This document shows, piece by piece, positions 28,957-39,182 of a stretch of 64,000 nucleotides of DNA (position 1 is the first letter of the stretch; each line of letters starts with the position of its first letter). The stretch spans positions 7,461 through 71,460 of the forward strand of contig JBEVDR010000033.1 of assembly GCA_040513215.1 (NCBI GenBank), given 5' to 3'. The notes under the pieces were generated by a model. It worked only from the letters and a program-made list of their open reading frames with translations, made no database searches and was not told the origin of the DNA. This DNA comes from Microbacteriaceae bacterium. GTDB taxonomy: Bacteria; Actinomycetota; Actinomycetes; Actinomycetales; Microbacteriaceae. The position numbers and the translations under genes were made by a program.

Positions 28957-29667
28957 GTGTCCTCGTCTTCTAAGCCGGGGGCCAGCCGGGCCGATTTGTT
29001 GACTGCGCTGCAGCTGGACATCGACCCGCCGCTGCTCGAGACCGCGCTGACGCATCGTTCGTTCGCGTACGAGAACGGCGGCGTGACACACAACGAGCGC
29101 CTGGAGTTTCTCGGCGACTCGATTCTCGGCCAGGCGGTCACGGTGATGCTGTACCGCGAGAACCCGACGCTCGATGAGGGAGACCTTGCCAAGCGCCGGG
29201 CCAGCCTCGTCTCGAGCGTCGCCCTCGCCGAAGTCGCTCGGTCGATCAACCTCGGCGAGCACATCCGGCTGGGGCGCGGGGAAGAGCTCACCGGCGGCCG
29301 CGACAAGTCGTCGATCCTTGCCGACACCGTCGAGGCGATCATCGGTGCCGCCTATCTTGACCGCGGACCGGATGAGGCAACGGCACTCGTGCTACGGCTG
29401 ATCAGGCCGTTGCTGTCGAGCCCGGACCGATTCGGTGCCGCCATGGACCCGAAGACCAGCCTGCAGGAACTCGCTGCGCGGCTTGGTCGCGGGATTCCGA
29501 GTTACCGGGTCACGAACACCGGACCCGACCACTCGAAGATCTTCCACGCCGAGGTTCTGCTCGGCGATGACGCGATCGCCGGCGGTGATGGCACCAGCAA
29601 GAAGCAGGCCGAGATGGCTGCCGCGCTCGACGCGTGGACCCTGCTTCAGCAGACCGTCACGAGCTGA
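28957..29667 (+). CDS. rnc: Ribonuclease III
   Basis: Motifs ALTHRS and NERLEFLGD; dsRBD with DPKTSLQE and GPDH. Confidence 0.96.
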   Translation: MSSSSKPGASRADLLTALQLDIDPPLLETALTHRSFAYENGGVTHNERLEFLGDSILGQAVTVMLYRENPTLDEGDLAKRRASLVSSVALAEVARSINLGEHIRLGRGEELTGGRDKSSILADTVEAIIGAAYLDRGPDEATALVLRLIRPLLSSPDRFGAAMDPKTSLQELAARLGRGIPSYRVTNTGPDHSKIFHAEVLLGDDAIAGGDGTSKKQAEMAAALDAWTLLQQTVTS

Positions 29668-29670
29668 GCC

Positions 29671-30603
29671 GTGCCAGAACTTCCCGAGGTGGAGGTCGTA
29701 CGCGCCGGCCTCGATCCCGCTGTCGCGGATGCCGTGATCGAAGCCGTCACCGTGTACGACGAGCGTTCGCTGCGCCGGCACGCCGGCCCGAGTGAGGACT
29801 TCGTCGACCGGCTGCACGAGCGCAGCATCCGCGGCGCGGTGCGGCGGGGCAAGTTCCTGTGGCTGCCCCTCTCGCCGCTCCCGTTGGTTGAGGAGCGAGC
29901 GCCAGCGAGCGTCTCGAAACCCGAAGCCATCGTCATCCACCTCGGCATGAGCGGGCAGGTGCTGCTGCGCGACCGCAGCCAGCCCGACGACCGTCTGACC
30001 CGCATCCGTCTCGACATCGAGCATCCCGGGCACGGCCCGCTGCGCCTCAATTTCGTCGACCAGCGCATCTTCGGTTCGATGGCCATCGATACCCTGCTGC
30101 CCACCCCGGACGCAGCTCCCGGCGGATACGGCACCGACGCCCCCGTCGTGCCCAGCCAGGTTGCGCACATCGCCCGAGACCCGCTCGACCCCGCCTTCGA
30201 CGACGCCGGGTTCTTCGCCACCCTGAAGCGCCGCAACACCAGTATTAAGCGCGCCATGCTCGACCAGACACTGGTCAGTGGCATCGGCAACATCTACGCC
30301 GACGAGGCACTCTGGGCGGCCCGCATCCACTACGATCAGCCGGCCGCCGCCCTGAGCCGGGCGCGCGCCAAGCTGCTGCTGGCCGAGGTGCGGATGGTGC
30401 TGACCAAGGCCCTCGCCGAGGGCGGAACCAGCTTCGACGCGCAGTACGTGAACGTGAACGGGGCATCCGGATACTTCTCGCACTCGCTGAACGCCTATGG
30501 GCAGCAGGGTAAACCGTGTCCGCGCTGCGGGCGGCCGATCCGGCGGGAGCAGTTCATGAACCGCGGCTCCCACTTCTGCCCCTTCTGCCAGCGGCTGCGC
30601 TGA
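29671..30603 (+). CDS. mutM: Formamidopyrimidine-DNA glycosylase
   Basis: Motifs PELPEVE, RRGK, HLGMSG, GIGNIYADE and zinc finger CPRC...CPFCQ. Confidence 0.96.
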   Translation: MPELPEVEVVRAGLDPAVADAVIEAVTVYDERSLRRHAGPSEDFVDRLHERSIRGAVRRGKFLWLPLSPLPLVEERAPASVSKPEAIVIHLGMSGQVLLRDRSQPDDRLTRIRLDIEHPGHGPLRLNFVDQRIFGSMAIDTLLPTPDAAPGGYGTDAPVVPSQVAHIARDPLDPAFDDAGFFATLKRRNTSIKRAMLDQTLVSGIGNIYADEALWAARIHYDQPAAALSRARAKLLLAEVRMVLTKALAEGGTSFDAQYVNVNGASGYFSHSLNAYGQQGKPCPRCGRPIRREQFMNRGSHFCPFCQRLR

Positions 30604-30651
30604 GCGTCTGAGGGCCGCACCCGGCGGCGCTCTCCGTGCCAGAATCGACGG

Positions 30652-31611
30652 GTGAGAGGCGTCGTGTTCGTGCTGTTGGCTGCGGTCTGCTTCGGCACGA
30701 CGGGCACCGCGCAAGCGCTCGGCCCTGACGCCTCTGCGACATCCCTTGGCGCAGTTCGCATCGTCATAGGGGGAGGGGCACTCGCCCTCGTCGCCTGGCT
30801 GACCATGCTCGCCAGCCCGAAGCCTCATCACACGCGAACCCGACGTCGCGGACCGGCCTGGCCCATCGTCGTCGCGGGCGCCGCGGGCATCGTCGCGTAT
30901 CAGCCGGCATTCTTCTTCGGAACCGCCGAGAACGGTGTCGCGATCGGCACCGTGGTCGCGCTCGGCTCCGCGCCGGTAATCACGGGCGCCCTCGACTGGG
31001 CGCTGAACCGCCGCTATCCCGGCACGCCATGGCTGATCGCCACCGCGATCGCAGCGGTCGGTGTGGCGCTGCTCGGCGGGGTGCTCGAGGCCGGGGCATC
31101 CGGAATCAGCCCTGCAGGACTCGCCGGCTCGATCGGCGCCGGCGCCTCCTACGCCGTGTACACCCTCGCGGGGAAGGCGCTGCTCGAGCGAGGCTGGGGA
31201 GCGGATGCCTCGATGGGCGCCGTCTTCGGCGGGGCGGCGTTGGCCAGCCTGCCGATCCTGCTGTTCTCCGACCTCGCCTGGCTGGGCACGCCGGAGGGCC
31301 TGCTGATGGCTCTGTGGCTTGGCCTGATCACCACGACGCTCGGTTATGTGCTGTTCGGGCGTGGGCTCGCGACGTTGTCCGCGCCCACAGTGTCGACTCT
31401 CACTCTCGCCGAACCGCTCACCGCGAGCCTGCTCGCGCTGCTCGTGCTCAATGAGCAGCTCAGTGCGAGCGGGGTGGCCGGTTTTATCGTGCTGGCCGCG
31501 GCGCTTGTCGTGCTGAGCGCCGCGTCGGTTCGGCGTCCGGCCGGTCGGGTCGAGCCATCGTTGGCCGACCAGAGCGGTGCACCGAGCAAGCAGCCCGACG
31601 CGGTGGATTGA
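30652..31611 (+). CDS. EamA/DMT family transporter
   Basis: About 10 TM helices; motifs FGTTGT, GSAP and LAEPL. Confidence 0.88.
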   Translation: MRGVVFVLLAAVCFGTTGTAQALGPDASATSLGAVRIVIGGGALALVAWLTMLASPKPHHTRTRRRGPAWPIVVAGAAGIVAYQPAFFFGTAENGVAIGTVVALGSAPVITGALDWALNRRYPGTPWLIATAIAAVGVALLGGVLEAGASGISPAGLAGSIGAGASYAVYTLAGKALLERGWGADASMGAVFGGAALASLPILLFSDLAWLGTPEGLLMALWLGLITTTLGYVLFGRGLATLSAPTVSTLTLAEPLTASLLALLVLNEQLSASGVAGFIVLAAALVVLSAASVRRPAGRVEPSLADQSGAPSKQPDAVD

Positions 31612-31740
31612 GCCAGCCGCGCGACATCCGCGCGCTCTGAGCGATGTTGAGCGCGCTCAGCGGTATCCGGTGGTGTCGGCAGGCTTCCCGGTGTCCTGGA
31701 CTTCCAGGATGTCAGCCGAAGTCCGCAGGCTAGACCGAGC

Positions 31741-31768
31741 CCATCAGCCATCAGCCATCAGCCGTCAG
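31741..31768 (+). repeat. 7-bp tandem repeat (CCATCAG)3 followed by CCGTCAG
   Basis: Read directly in the convergent intergenic region. Confidence 0.8.
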
Positions 31769-31778
31769 GCGAACACGC

Positions 31779-32672
31779 TCAGAACGGCAGGGCCGCGTAA
31801 GCCTCGGTAAGCCACGGCATCGCCAGCGCAACCGTCGGGATCAGCAGCACGGCAGCGGCACCGGCATACATCGCCGCGGCAAGCCGGCGCCGCGGCTGGC
31901 TCATAGCCGGGACTGGCGCCCGAAGGCGCTCGATCCGGGAACTCGCGGTGGCGTCATCCCCAATCGTCATCGCCGAGATCGCGCCAACGACCACATTCCG
32001 GCCATGCTGCCGGGCGGCATTATCGTCGGCCGCCATCTCAAGCAGCTGGTGCACCGAGTCGAGGGCGATCTGGCTGCGCACCCAGCGCGGGAACGCCGCG
32101 TGCAGCGCGGTGAACGCCTCAATAACGAGATCGTGCCGGCTCCGCAGGTGCGCGCGCTCATGCGCGACGACGGCATCAACCTGCGCGGGTGTCAGCAGTT
32201 CGGTCGTGCCGGTCGAGATCACCACGCGAGCACGCCGGCCGGGAACGCAGTAGGCCACGGGGTGGGCGCTGTCCAGGATGCGCAGGTCCAGATTGTGGGT
32301 TGCGGAATCGTGCGAAAGCAGGTCCACCAGATCGCGGTGCCGCTGCCGCCGGCGGCGCGTGCTGATCGCGAGCTTGCCGAGCGAGAAGATCAGCCGCAGC
32401 ACGATGGTGCCGGCCATGATCGCGGCGATGGTCGCGGCTGCAATCAGGTCAGGGCCAAACTCCAGCTCGTCTTGCGCAGCTTGAAGCCGGATGAACTCTT
32501 CGGGCAGCGCAAGCACGCTGCCGATGCCGGCGAGCACTGCGGCGACGGCGATCGCCTGCCAGAGCACGACGGCCGCGTGCGGTGCGCGAGCGGTCCAGCG
32601 CGCCCGGCCGAGCAAGTCCGGAATCGGCCCTGCCAGCAGCAAGGCGAGTGCGGCGAGCCAGGCTCCGGTCAC
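31779..32672 (-). CDS. M56/M48-type membrane metallopeptidase (BlaR-like)
   Basis: Motifs LWQA, AYCVPG, HExxH (AHERAHL) and EMAADD. Coupled to the BlaI-type gene. Confidence 0.88.
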   Translation of the reverse strand: MTGAWLAALALLLAGPIPDLLGRARWTARAPHAAVVLWQAIAVAAVLAGIGSVLALPEEFIRLQAAQDELEFGPDLIAAATIAAIMAGTIVLRLIFSLGKLAISTRRRRQRHRDLVDLLSHDSATHNLDLRILDSAHPVAYCVPGRRARVVISTGTTELLTPAQVDAVVAHERAHLRSRHDLVIEAFTALHAAFPRWVRSQIALDSVHQLLEMAADDNAARQHGRNVVVGAISAMTIGDDATASSRIERLRAPVPAMSQPRRRLAAAMYAGAAAVLLIPTVALAMPWLTEAYAALPF

Positions 32673-33040
32673 AGCGCGCGGTCTGCGCCCTGGCGCAGGG
32701 CTTCCTGAATCGCCTCGGCCTCACGCTTGCCGACCCGGCCGACGAAGTGCTGCAGGGCGGCCAGACGGGCGCCGGGGTCGCCGACGTCTCCCAAGGCATC
32801 GAGCATCAGCTCGGCGGCCATCTCTTCTCGACTGCTCGCAGCGGTGTAGAGGTAGGCGCGACCACTGCGCTCCTGCCGAACGACACCCTTGCGAGCGAGG
32901 CGATCGAGCACCGTCATCACGGTGGTGTAGGCCAGTGCGCGGTTCGCGGCGAGGCGTTCATGAACCTCGCGCACCGTCAGCGGGGCGTCGGATGCCCACA
33001 GCTGGCGCATGACGTCATTTTCGAGTTCGCCCAATCCCAT
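32669..33040 (-). CDS. BlaI/MecI/CopY family transcriptional repressor
   Basis: Motifs LGELENDVMRQLW, LAYTTVMTVLDRL and GRAYLY. Alternative start GTG 33049. Confidence 0.92.
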   Translation of the reverse strand: MGLGELENDVMRQLWASDAPLTVREVHERLAANRALAYTTVMTVLDRLARKGVVRQERSGRAYLYTAASSREEMAAELMLDALGDVGDPGARLAALQHFVGRVGKREAEAIQEALRQGADRAL

Positions 33041-33065
33041 GCGCGCCACTCTACGCCATCCCACG

Positions 33066-33116
33066 TACTACAGACTTGCGTACTACGTATGGTAGTAATT
33101 ACTACGTAACGTCGTA
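33066..33116. promoter_or_regulatory. Tandem BlaI-type operators TACTAC-N5-GTAGTA
   Basis: 33081-33097 TACTAC-GTATG-GTAGTA (perfect palindrome); 33100-33116 TACTAC-GTAAC-GTCGTA; a partial site at 33066-33082. Confidence 0.8.
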
Positions 33117-33133
33117 GAGCGACTGGAGGCCAC

Positions 33134-34642
33134 GTGGAACTGGATGTCACTGACCTGTCTCGACTGCAATTCGCGGTCGTGACGATCTACCACTACTTCT
33201 TTGTGCCGCTGTCTATCAGCCTGGCGTCGATCACCGCGGTCATGCAGACCGTGTGGTTGCGCACCGGCCGCGAGGAGTACAAGGCGCTCACCCTGTTCCT
33301 CGGCAGGGTGCTTCTGGTCACCTTCGCCGTAGGTGTCGTCACCGGTCTCGTGCAGGAGTTCCAGTTCGGCCTCGCTTGGAGTGACTTCGCCCGTTTCTAC
33401 GGCGACGTTTTCGGCCCCACCCTCGCCATGGAGGGCATGCTCGCCTTCTTCCTCGAGGCCACCTTCCTCGGCCTCTGGTACTTCGGCTGGAACCGGCTGC
33501 CCGCGAAGATCCACCTCGCCACGATCTGGATCGTGGCGCTCGGCACCATCCTGTCGGCGTTCATCATCCTCGCCGCGAACTCGTTCATGCAGAGCCCCGT
33601 CGCCTACACGGTCAACGAGGAGACCGGCCGCGCAGAACTGAGCAACTTCTTCGACCTGATGACCAACGAGGTCAACCTGGCCGCGTTCCCGCACACCGCC
33701 GCGGGCGCAGCGATGGCCGGCGGCGCGCTCGTGCTCGCCTTCGGCATGTGGCGCGCGTGGGGTAAGAACCAGGTGACGGATGTCACGGAGCGAGCTGCCT
33801 GGCGCAAGCTCGCCCGCGTCGGAGCCTGGGTCACCCTGGCTGGCGCCGCTGCGGTCTCGCTCACCGGCGACATCCTCGGCAAGGTCATCACGAAGGTGCA
33901 GCCGATGAAGATGGCCGCCGCGGAGGGCCTGTACGAGACACAGACCGGGGCACCGTTCTCCATCTTCGCCCTGTCCTGGTCGCCCGACGAGGAACCGTTC
34001 TTCTCTCTCGACATCCCCTACATGCTCTCGATCCTCGCGATGGGCGACCCGAACGCACCCGTGCAGGGCCTCGATAACCTGCAGGCGCAGTACACCGAGC
34101 TGTACGGCCCAGGCGACTACATGCCGCTGATTCCGATGGCGTACTGGACCTTCCGGCTGATGGTCGGTGTGGGCATGCTCGCCGCGCTGCTCGCGCTCGT
34201 CTTCCTCTGGTTCACCCGCAAGGGCAGCCACCTGGACCGCTCCAACTGGATGCACCGCATGCTCATGCTGACCGTGCCGGTGCTGCCCGTGCTGCCGCTC
34301 GCCGCCAACAGCTTCGGCTGGATCTTCTCGGAGAGCGCCCGCCAGCCGTGGTTGGTGTTCGGGTTGTTCCACACCGAGGACGGTGTCTCGCCGGGGCTCA
34401 CAGCACCCGAAGTGCTGCTGTCGATCGCCGGCTTCACCGTGGTTTACGGCATCCTCGCGGTGATCTGGACTCGCCTGGTGCTGCACCTCGGCCGCCAGCC
34501 GCTCGCGCTGGAGATCGGCGGCGTGCGCGACGACGACTCCAGCAGCGGTGCCGACACCGACAGCGGTGCGGACACCGCGCCCGTCTCCGACACGGACGCA
34601 GGCGTCCCCGACTCCCGGCGCCAGAGCGCGCCCTCGTTCTGA
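33134..34642 (+). CDS. cydA: Cytochrome bd ubiquinol oxidase subunit I
   Basis: Motifs LSRLQF, HYFFVP, QEFQFG, FFLEATF, QPMKMAAAE, FRLMVG and ESARQPW. Confidence 0.95.
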   Translation: MELDVTDLSRLQFAVVTIYHYFFVPLSISLASITAVMQTVWLRTGREEYKALTLFLGRVLLVTFAVGVVTGLVQEFQFGLAWSDFARFYGDVFGPTLAMEGMLAFFLEATFLGLWYFGWNRLPAKIHLATIWIVALGTILSAFIILAANSFMQSPVAYTVNEETGRAELSNFFDLMTNEVNLAAFPHTAAGAAMAGGALVLAFGMWRAWGKNQVTDVTERAAWRKLARVGAWVTLAGAAAVSLTGDILGKVITKVQPMKMAAAEGLYETQTGAPFSIFALSWSPDEEPFFSLDIPYMLSILAMGDPNAPVQGLDNLQAQYTELYGPGDYMPLIPMAYWTFRLMVGVGMLAALLALVFLWFTRKGSHLDRSNWMHRMLMLTVPVLPVLPLAANSFGWIFSESARQPWLVFGLFHTEDGVSPGLTAPEVLLSIAGFTVVYGILAVIWTRLVLHLGRQPLALEIGGVRDDDSSSGADTDSGADTAPVSDTDAGVPDSRRQSAPSF

Positions 34643-34656
34643 CGGAAGGCACTGCC

Positions 34657-35670
34657 ATGGACCTCACAATCATCTGGATCGCGCTGACGATCGTCTGCTG
34701 GGTGCTGTTCTTCGTGCTCGAGGGCTTCGACTTCGGCGTCGGCATGCTGTCGCCGCTGCTCGGCCGTGACGAGCACCAGCGGTCGGCCGCCATCCGCACC
34801 ATCGGACCGCTCTGGGACGGCAACGAGGTGTGGCTGGTCGCCGCGGTCGGCGTGACCTTCGCCGCGTTCCCCGACTGGTATGCCGCGCTGATGTCGGGGC
34901 TCTACCTGCCAATGGTCCTGGTGCTGCTCGCCCTGGCGACGCGCGGCGTGGCCATCGAATTCCGCAGCAAGAACGAGAGCGCAAGCTGGCGTCGCCGGGC
35001 GGATGTCGCATTGGCGCTGTCATCCGCGGCCGCCGCACTCGGCTTCGGCGCCATCATCGGCGCGATGGTCGGCGGGCTCGCGATCAACGACGTCGGTGAG
35101 GTCATGGCCGAGGCCAACGGGCTCACCCGCAGCATCGCTCCACTGCTCACGCCCGGCGCGATCATCGGTGCACTGGCCAGCCTGGTCAGCTCCCTCGCAC
35201 TCGCTGCCACCTTCCTTGCGCTGCGCACCACCGGACCGGTGCGGGAGCGCGCCACCAAGCTCGCCCCCGCGCTGCTCGTGGTGCTCGCCGTCGCTGCCCT
35301 GGCCGCAGCGATCGCGCTCATGGTTGGCGGACTCGTGCCGCAGGCCGCGCTGCTCGCCGTTGTGGCGCTGCTGCTCGCCGCGGGCGTGGTCATCGTCCGA
35401 CGCGGCCGCGAAGCCCTCGGCTTCACCCTGGCCAGCGCAGCAACCGCGCTGACCGTGGTGACCGCGCTCAGCGCACAGCTGCCGGTCGTGCTCCCGTCGA
35501 CCCTGAACGACGCTTTCTCAATCACCGTGCAGAGCGCGGCCGCCAGCGACTACGCCCTCCAGGTGATCAGCATCGGCGCGCTCTGCATCCTGCCCGGCGT
35601 GCTGCTCTACCAGGCCTGGTCGTACTGGGTGTTCCGCAAGCGAGTGGCTAGCGAGCGCGTCGCGTCGTGA
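34657..35670 (+). CDS. cydB: Cytochrome bd ubiquinol oxidase subunit II
   Basis: Motifs LEGFDFGVG, IGPLWDGNEVWL, AAFPDWYA and YQAWSYWVFRKR. Confidence 0.94.
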   Translation: MDLTIIWIALTIVCWVLFFVLEGFDFGVGMLSPLLGRDEHQRSAAIRTIGPLWDGNEVWLVAAVGVTFAAFPDWYAALMSGLYLPMVLVLLALATRGVAIEFRSKNESASWRRRADVALALSSAAAALGFGAIIGAMVGGLAINDVGEVMAEANGLTRSIAPLLTPGAIIGALASLVSSLALAATFLALRTTGPVRERATKLAPALLVVLAVAALAAAIALMVGGLVPQAALLAVVALLLAAGVVIVRRGREALGFTLASAATALTVVTALSAQLPVVLPSTLNDAFSITVQSAAASDYALQVISIGALCILPGVLLYQAWSYWVFRKRVASERVAS

Positions 35671-38600
35671 GTGGGCAGCAGCGGGGTCCGGTCGACCGGC
35701 GCCTGCTCCGCCACGCGCGGGGCGCCCGGGTCGACATCGGGATGATCGGCGCCTTCGAGGTGCTCGGCGCTCTGGCGAGCATCGCGCTGCTCGTTGCCGT
35801 GTCGCTTTTCGTCGCCGCAGTGATCGAGCAGCCCGGCACTGTTCCGGTCGGGCCGCTCACGGTGGTCGCGGTCAGCCTCACGCTGCAGGCGCTGCTCAGC
35901 TGGCTGAAGAGCGTCGCCACCGAGCGGGCGGCCACCCGGGTTGTGGCCGGGGTGCGCAGTGAGCTGCTCGAGGCCGCCTCCCGGCGCGGACCCGCCTGGC
36001 TCGCCGGCTGGGTCGGCAGCGAAGGCGCCGGCGGCGCGAGCGGATTCGCCGCGCTGCTCGGCACCGGGCTAGCCGCACTGCGACCGTGGTTCACCGCGTA
36101 CCTGCCATCCCTCGTGGCCGCGGCCGTGCTGCCGGCGGCGGTGCTGCTCGTGCTCGCCGTCGTCGACATCAGCTCGGCGATCACCGTCGCGCTCACCCTG
36201 CCGCTGGTACCCATCTTCGCGATCCTCGTCGGCTGGGCCACCCAGAAGCGCGCCAACCAGCAATGGGAATCGGGTCAGGCGCTGGCCGGACACTTCCTCG
36301 ACGTGGTGAAGGGCCTGCCGACGCTGCGGCTGTTCGGCCGAGCCTCCCGCCAGGGGCGCTCGGTGGCCGCCGTCACCGAGCGGTATCGCGGTTCCACCAT
36401 GCGCGTGCTCGTGCTCGCATTCCTGTCCTCCACCGCACTCCAACTGGTCGCCACCATCTCGGTGGGACTCGTCGCGGTGAACGCCGGCCTGCGCCTGGCC
36501 GCCGGCGATATGGATCTGTTCCCTGCCCTCGCCGCCATCCTGCTCGCTCCCGAGGCTTACCGGCCGCTCCGCGAGGTCGGCGCGCGATTCCACGACAGCG
36601 CCGACGCCAGCGCCATCGCCGACCGCATCGACGAAATCAGCACTGTCGAGATTGGTGCTGCCGACATCCGTGCCGCCAAAGTCGGTACTGCCAGAACCAA
36701 CACGGCGGATGCCGGCGCGGACGTAGCCACGACGACGGTAACCGCCGCCGCGGTCCGCGAGCGAAGCGCCGGCGTCTCGGCGCGCGGAGTGGTCGTGCGC
36801 TACCCCGGTCGCGGTCGCCCGGCCCTCAGCCTCAGCGCGCTCACCGTGTTCCCCGGCGAGTTCGTCGCCATCACCGGGCCATCCGGCGCAGGCAAGACCA
36901 CCCTGTTGCGGGTGCTCGCCGGTGTGCAGGAACCCGCCGAAGGACGGGTCACCGCACCGCCCGCGTTCTACCTGCCGCAGCATCCCCGGTTCCCTCATGC
37001 GCGCACCGTCGCCGACGCCCTCGGCGACTCGGACCCGCAGCGGATGCTGCAGGCGCTCGACACCGTCGGACTGGCGTCGGAGCTGCCGGACGGCCTCGCC
37101 ACCCCGCTCGGCGAAGCCGCTCAGGGGCTCTCCGCCGGCCAACGGCAGCGGCTCGCGCTGGCCCGCAGCCTGCTCGATGCCGACCAGGCTCCCTCTCTGC
37201 TGCTGCTCGACGAGCCGACCGCTCACCTCGACAACACCTCCGAAATGCGCGTGATTGACCGGCTGAACGCCCTCGTCGCGCACGGGACCACGGTCATCGC
37301 CGTTGCGCACCGTCCGGCCCTGATCGACGCCGCCGATCGCACCGTGCCGGTCACGTCGGCGCCCGCCGAATCCGGCACGGCACCCGTGCGCCGCACCGCC
37401 GAGAAGCAGGCCGCCGCTGGACCGCTCGCGACCGTGCGCGCCCGATGGGACCGGCTCTCCGGCGGTGCCCGACTGGTCAGCGCCGCCGTGCTGGGCGGCG
37501 CCGCGTTCCTCACCGGAACCACTCTCACCGCGGCTGCCGCCTGGATGATCGTGCGCGCCGACGACCAGCCGCCGGTGCTCACCCTCTCGGTCGCGGTCGT
37601 GATAGTGCGGGGAAGCGCCATCCTGAAGCCGCTGCTGCGCTACTTCGAACGCCTTGCCTCGCACGACCTGGCGCTGGGACGGCTGGCGCGCTGGCGGGCC
37701 GAGCTCGTCGAGGCGCTCGCCATCCGACTGCCCGGCGCGCTCACCGCCCGCCGTGGCGACCTGCTCACCCGCCTGGTGACCGACGTCGACACGCGGCTCG
37801 ACGGCACCCTGCGCGGCGGGCTGCCGCTCGCGGGCAGCCTGCTCGCGGTGCTCGTCGCCGCTGGCGCCGGGATCACCGTGCTGCCCGCGCTGCTGCCGGT
37901 CGTGATCGGCCTCATCGTCGCCGTCGTGCTCGCGCCGCTGGTTGCGGTCATGGTCGATCGGGCAAGCCACCGGAGTCTCGACCCGCTGCGCGACACCCTC
38001 GCCGACGCGCTGGTCGAGTCGACCGACGGGCTCGAGGAGCTCGCCGCGCGCGGCGAAGTACGCAACATCCCGGAGCGGCGGTCGCGGCAGCTGGCCCGCG
38101 CCGAGCTCCGCTCCGCCTGGGGTGGCGGAGTCGGCGACGCGATCGCCCGTGCCGGAATCGCCATCACCGTGATCGGCACCATCGGCGTGGCCGGTGTCGC
38201 GTTCTCGCAGGGCCAGATCAGCCCCGAGCTGTTCGGCATTCTCGCGCTCGCCTCCCTCACCCTCGTCGAGCCGCTGCTCGCCGTGGTGCCCGCGGTGCTC
38301 GCCATCCGCCGGGGACGCGCCGCCACCGCACGCCTGGCCGCGGCCGTCGCGCTGCCGCCCGCCGCGACCGAGCCGGAGCCTGCGCCCGCCACCGAGCCTG
38401 AGTCCGCCACCGCTCCCGAGCTGGCACCGAGCGCCGCACCTTCGCCCGAGCGCCGCGGCGAAAACCACGGCGCTCACGCGAAACCGCGGCGCTCGCCCGA
38501 GTTGCGCTTCGAGCAGGTCACCGCCGGCTGGGGCGACGCGCGAGCTCTCCACGACCTCGACCTCATCCTGGAAGCGGGGGAGCAGGTCGCGATCCTCGGC

Positions 38601-39182
38601 GCCTCGGGCAGCGGCAAGTCAACACTGGCCGCGGTAGCCCTCCGACTGCTCGACCCGGCGGCCGGAACGGTCACCCTCGACGGCACGCCGGCGTCCACGC
38701 TGCCCGGCGACGAGGTGCGCACCAGCATCACCGCCCTCGGCGAGTACGACCACGTGTTCGCCAGCACCCTGCGCGAGAACCTGCTGTTCGCCGCTCCGGG
38801 CTGCGACGACCGCGACCTCACGACGGCACTCGGCCGCGCCGGCCTTGGCGACTGGCTCACCGAGCTGCCCGCCGGGCTGGACACCTGGCTGGACTCGGGC
38901 GGGCTCACCCTGTCCGGCGGGGAACGGCGCCGGCTGGCTCTCGCCCGCGCACTGCTGCGGGACGCCGACATCCTGATCCTCGACGAACCGACCGAAAGCC
39001 TGGACGCGCCCACCGCCGAGGCGCTGATGGCCGACGTGCTCGATGAGGCCAGGGAGTCCGCCCGCTCCGTGCTGCTGGTCACTCACCGCACCGAGGGACT
39101 CGACCGGGTCGACCGGGTGCTGCGGCTCGACGGCGGCCGGCTGGTCGATGCGACCGTGGATCCCGCGCTCATCGTGCGCTAA
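35667..39182 (+). CDS. cydD: Fused CydD-CydC ABC exporter
   Basis: Two TMD-NBD halves in one ORF. First half: [33 protein letters not shown] and GPSGAGKT. Second half: [19 protein letters not shown] and LSGGERRR. Confidence 0.88.
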   Translation: MSGQQRGPVDRRLLRHARGARVDIGMIGAFEVLGALASIALLVAVSLFVAAVIEQPGTVPVGPLTVVAVSLTLQALLSWLKSVATERAATRVVAGVRSELLEAASRRGPAWLAGWVGSEGAGGASGFAALLGTGLAALRPWFTAYLPSLVAAAVLPAAVLLVLAVVDISSAITVALTLPLVPIFAILVGWATQKRANQQWESGQALAGHFLDVVKGLPTLRLFGRASRQGRSVAAVTERYRGSTMRVLVLAFLSSTALQLVATISVGLVAVNAGLRLAAGDMDLFPALAAILLAPEAYRPLREVGARFHDSADASAIADRIDEISTVEIGAADIRAAKVGTARTNTADAGADVATTTVTAAAVRERSAGVSARGVVVRYPGRGRPALSLSALTVFPGEFVAITGPSGAGKTTLLRVLAGVQEPAEGRVTAPPAFYLPQHPRFPHARTVADALGDSDPQRMLQALDTVGLASELPDGLATPLGEAAQGLSAGQRQRLALARSLLDADQAPSLLLLDEPTAHLDNTSEMRVIDRLNALVAHGTTVIAVAHRPALIDAADRTVPVTSAPAESGTAPVRRTAEKQAAAGPLATVRARWDRLSGGARLVSAAVLGGAAFLTGTTLTAAAAWMIVRADDQPPVLTLSVAVVIVRGSAILKPLLRYFERLASHDLALGRLARWRAELVEALAIRLPGALTARRGDLLTRLVTDVDTRLDGTLRGGLPLAGSLLAVLVAAGAGITVLPALLPVVIGLIVAVVLAPLVAVMVDRASHRSLDPLRDTLADALVESTDGLEELAARGEVRNIPERRSRQLARAELRSAWGGGVGDAIARAGIAITVIGTIGVAGVAFSQGQISPELFGILALASLTLVEPLLAVVPAVLAIRRGRAATARLAAAVALPPAATEPEPAPATEPESATAPELAPSAAPSPERRGENHGAHAKPRRSPELRFEQVTAGWGDARALHDLDLILEAGEQVAILGASGSGKSTLAAVALRLLDPAAGTVTLDGTPASTLPGDEVRTSITALGEYDHVFASTLRENLLFAAPGCDDRDLTTALGRAGLGDWLTELPAGLDTWLDSGGLTLSGGERRRLALARALLRDADILILDEPTESLDAPTAEALMADVLDEARESARSVLLVTHRTEGLDRVDRVLRLDGGRLVDATVDPALIVR

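Noticed and set aside
31741-31768. CCATCAG tandem repeat as a CRISPR or phase-variation element
   Set aside because: Four 7-bp units without spacers, between convergent 3' ends; most likely replication slippage.
36069-38552. 827-aa minus-strand ORF and similar long antisense ORFs (2410-4239, 25376-26947, 39273-40883, 43153-44757)
   Set aside because: All overlap well-supported genes on the opposite strand and have no recognisable domains.
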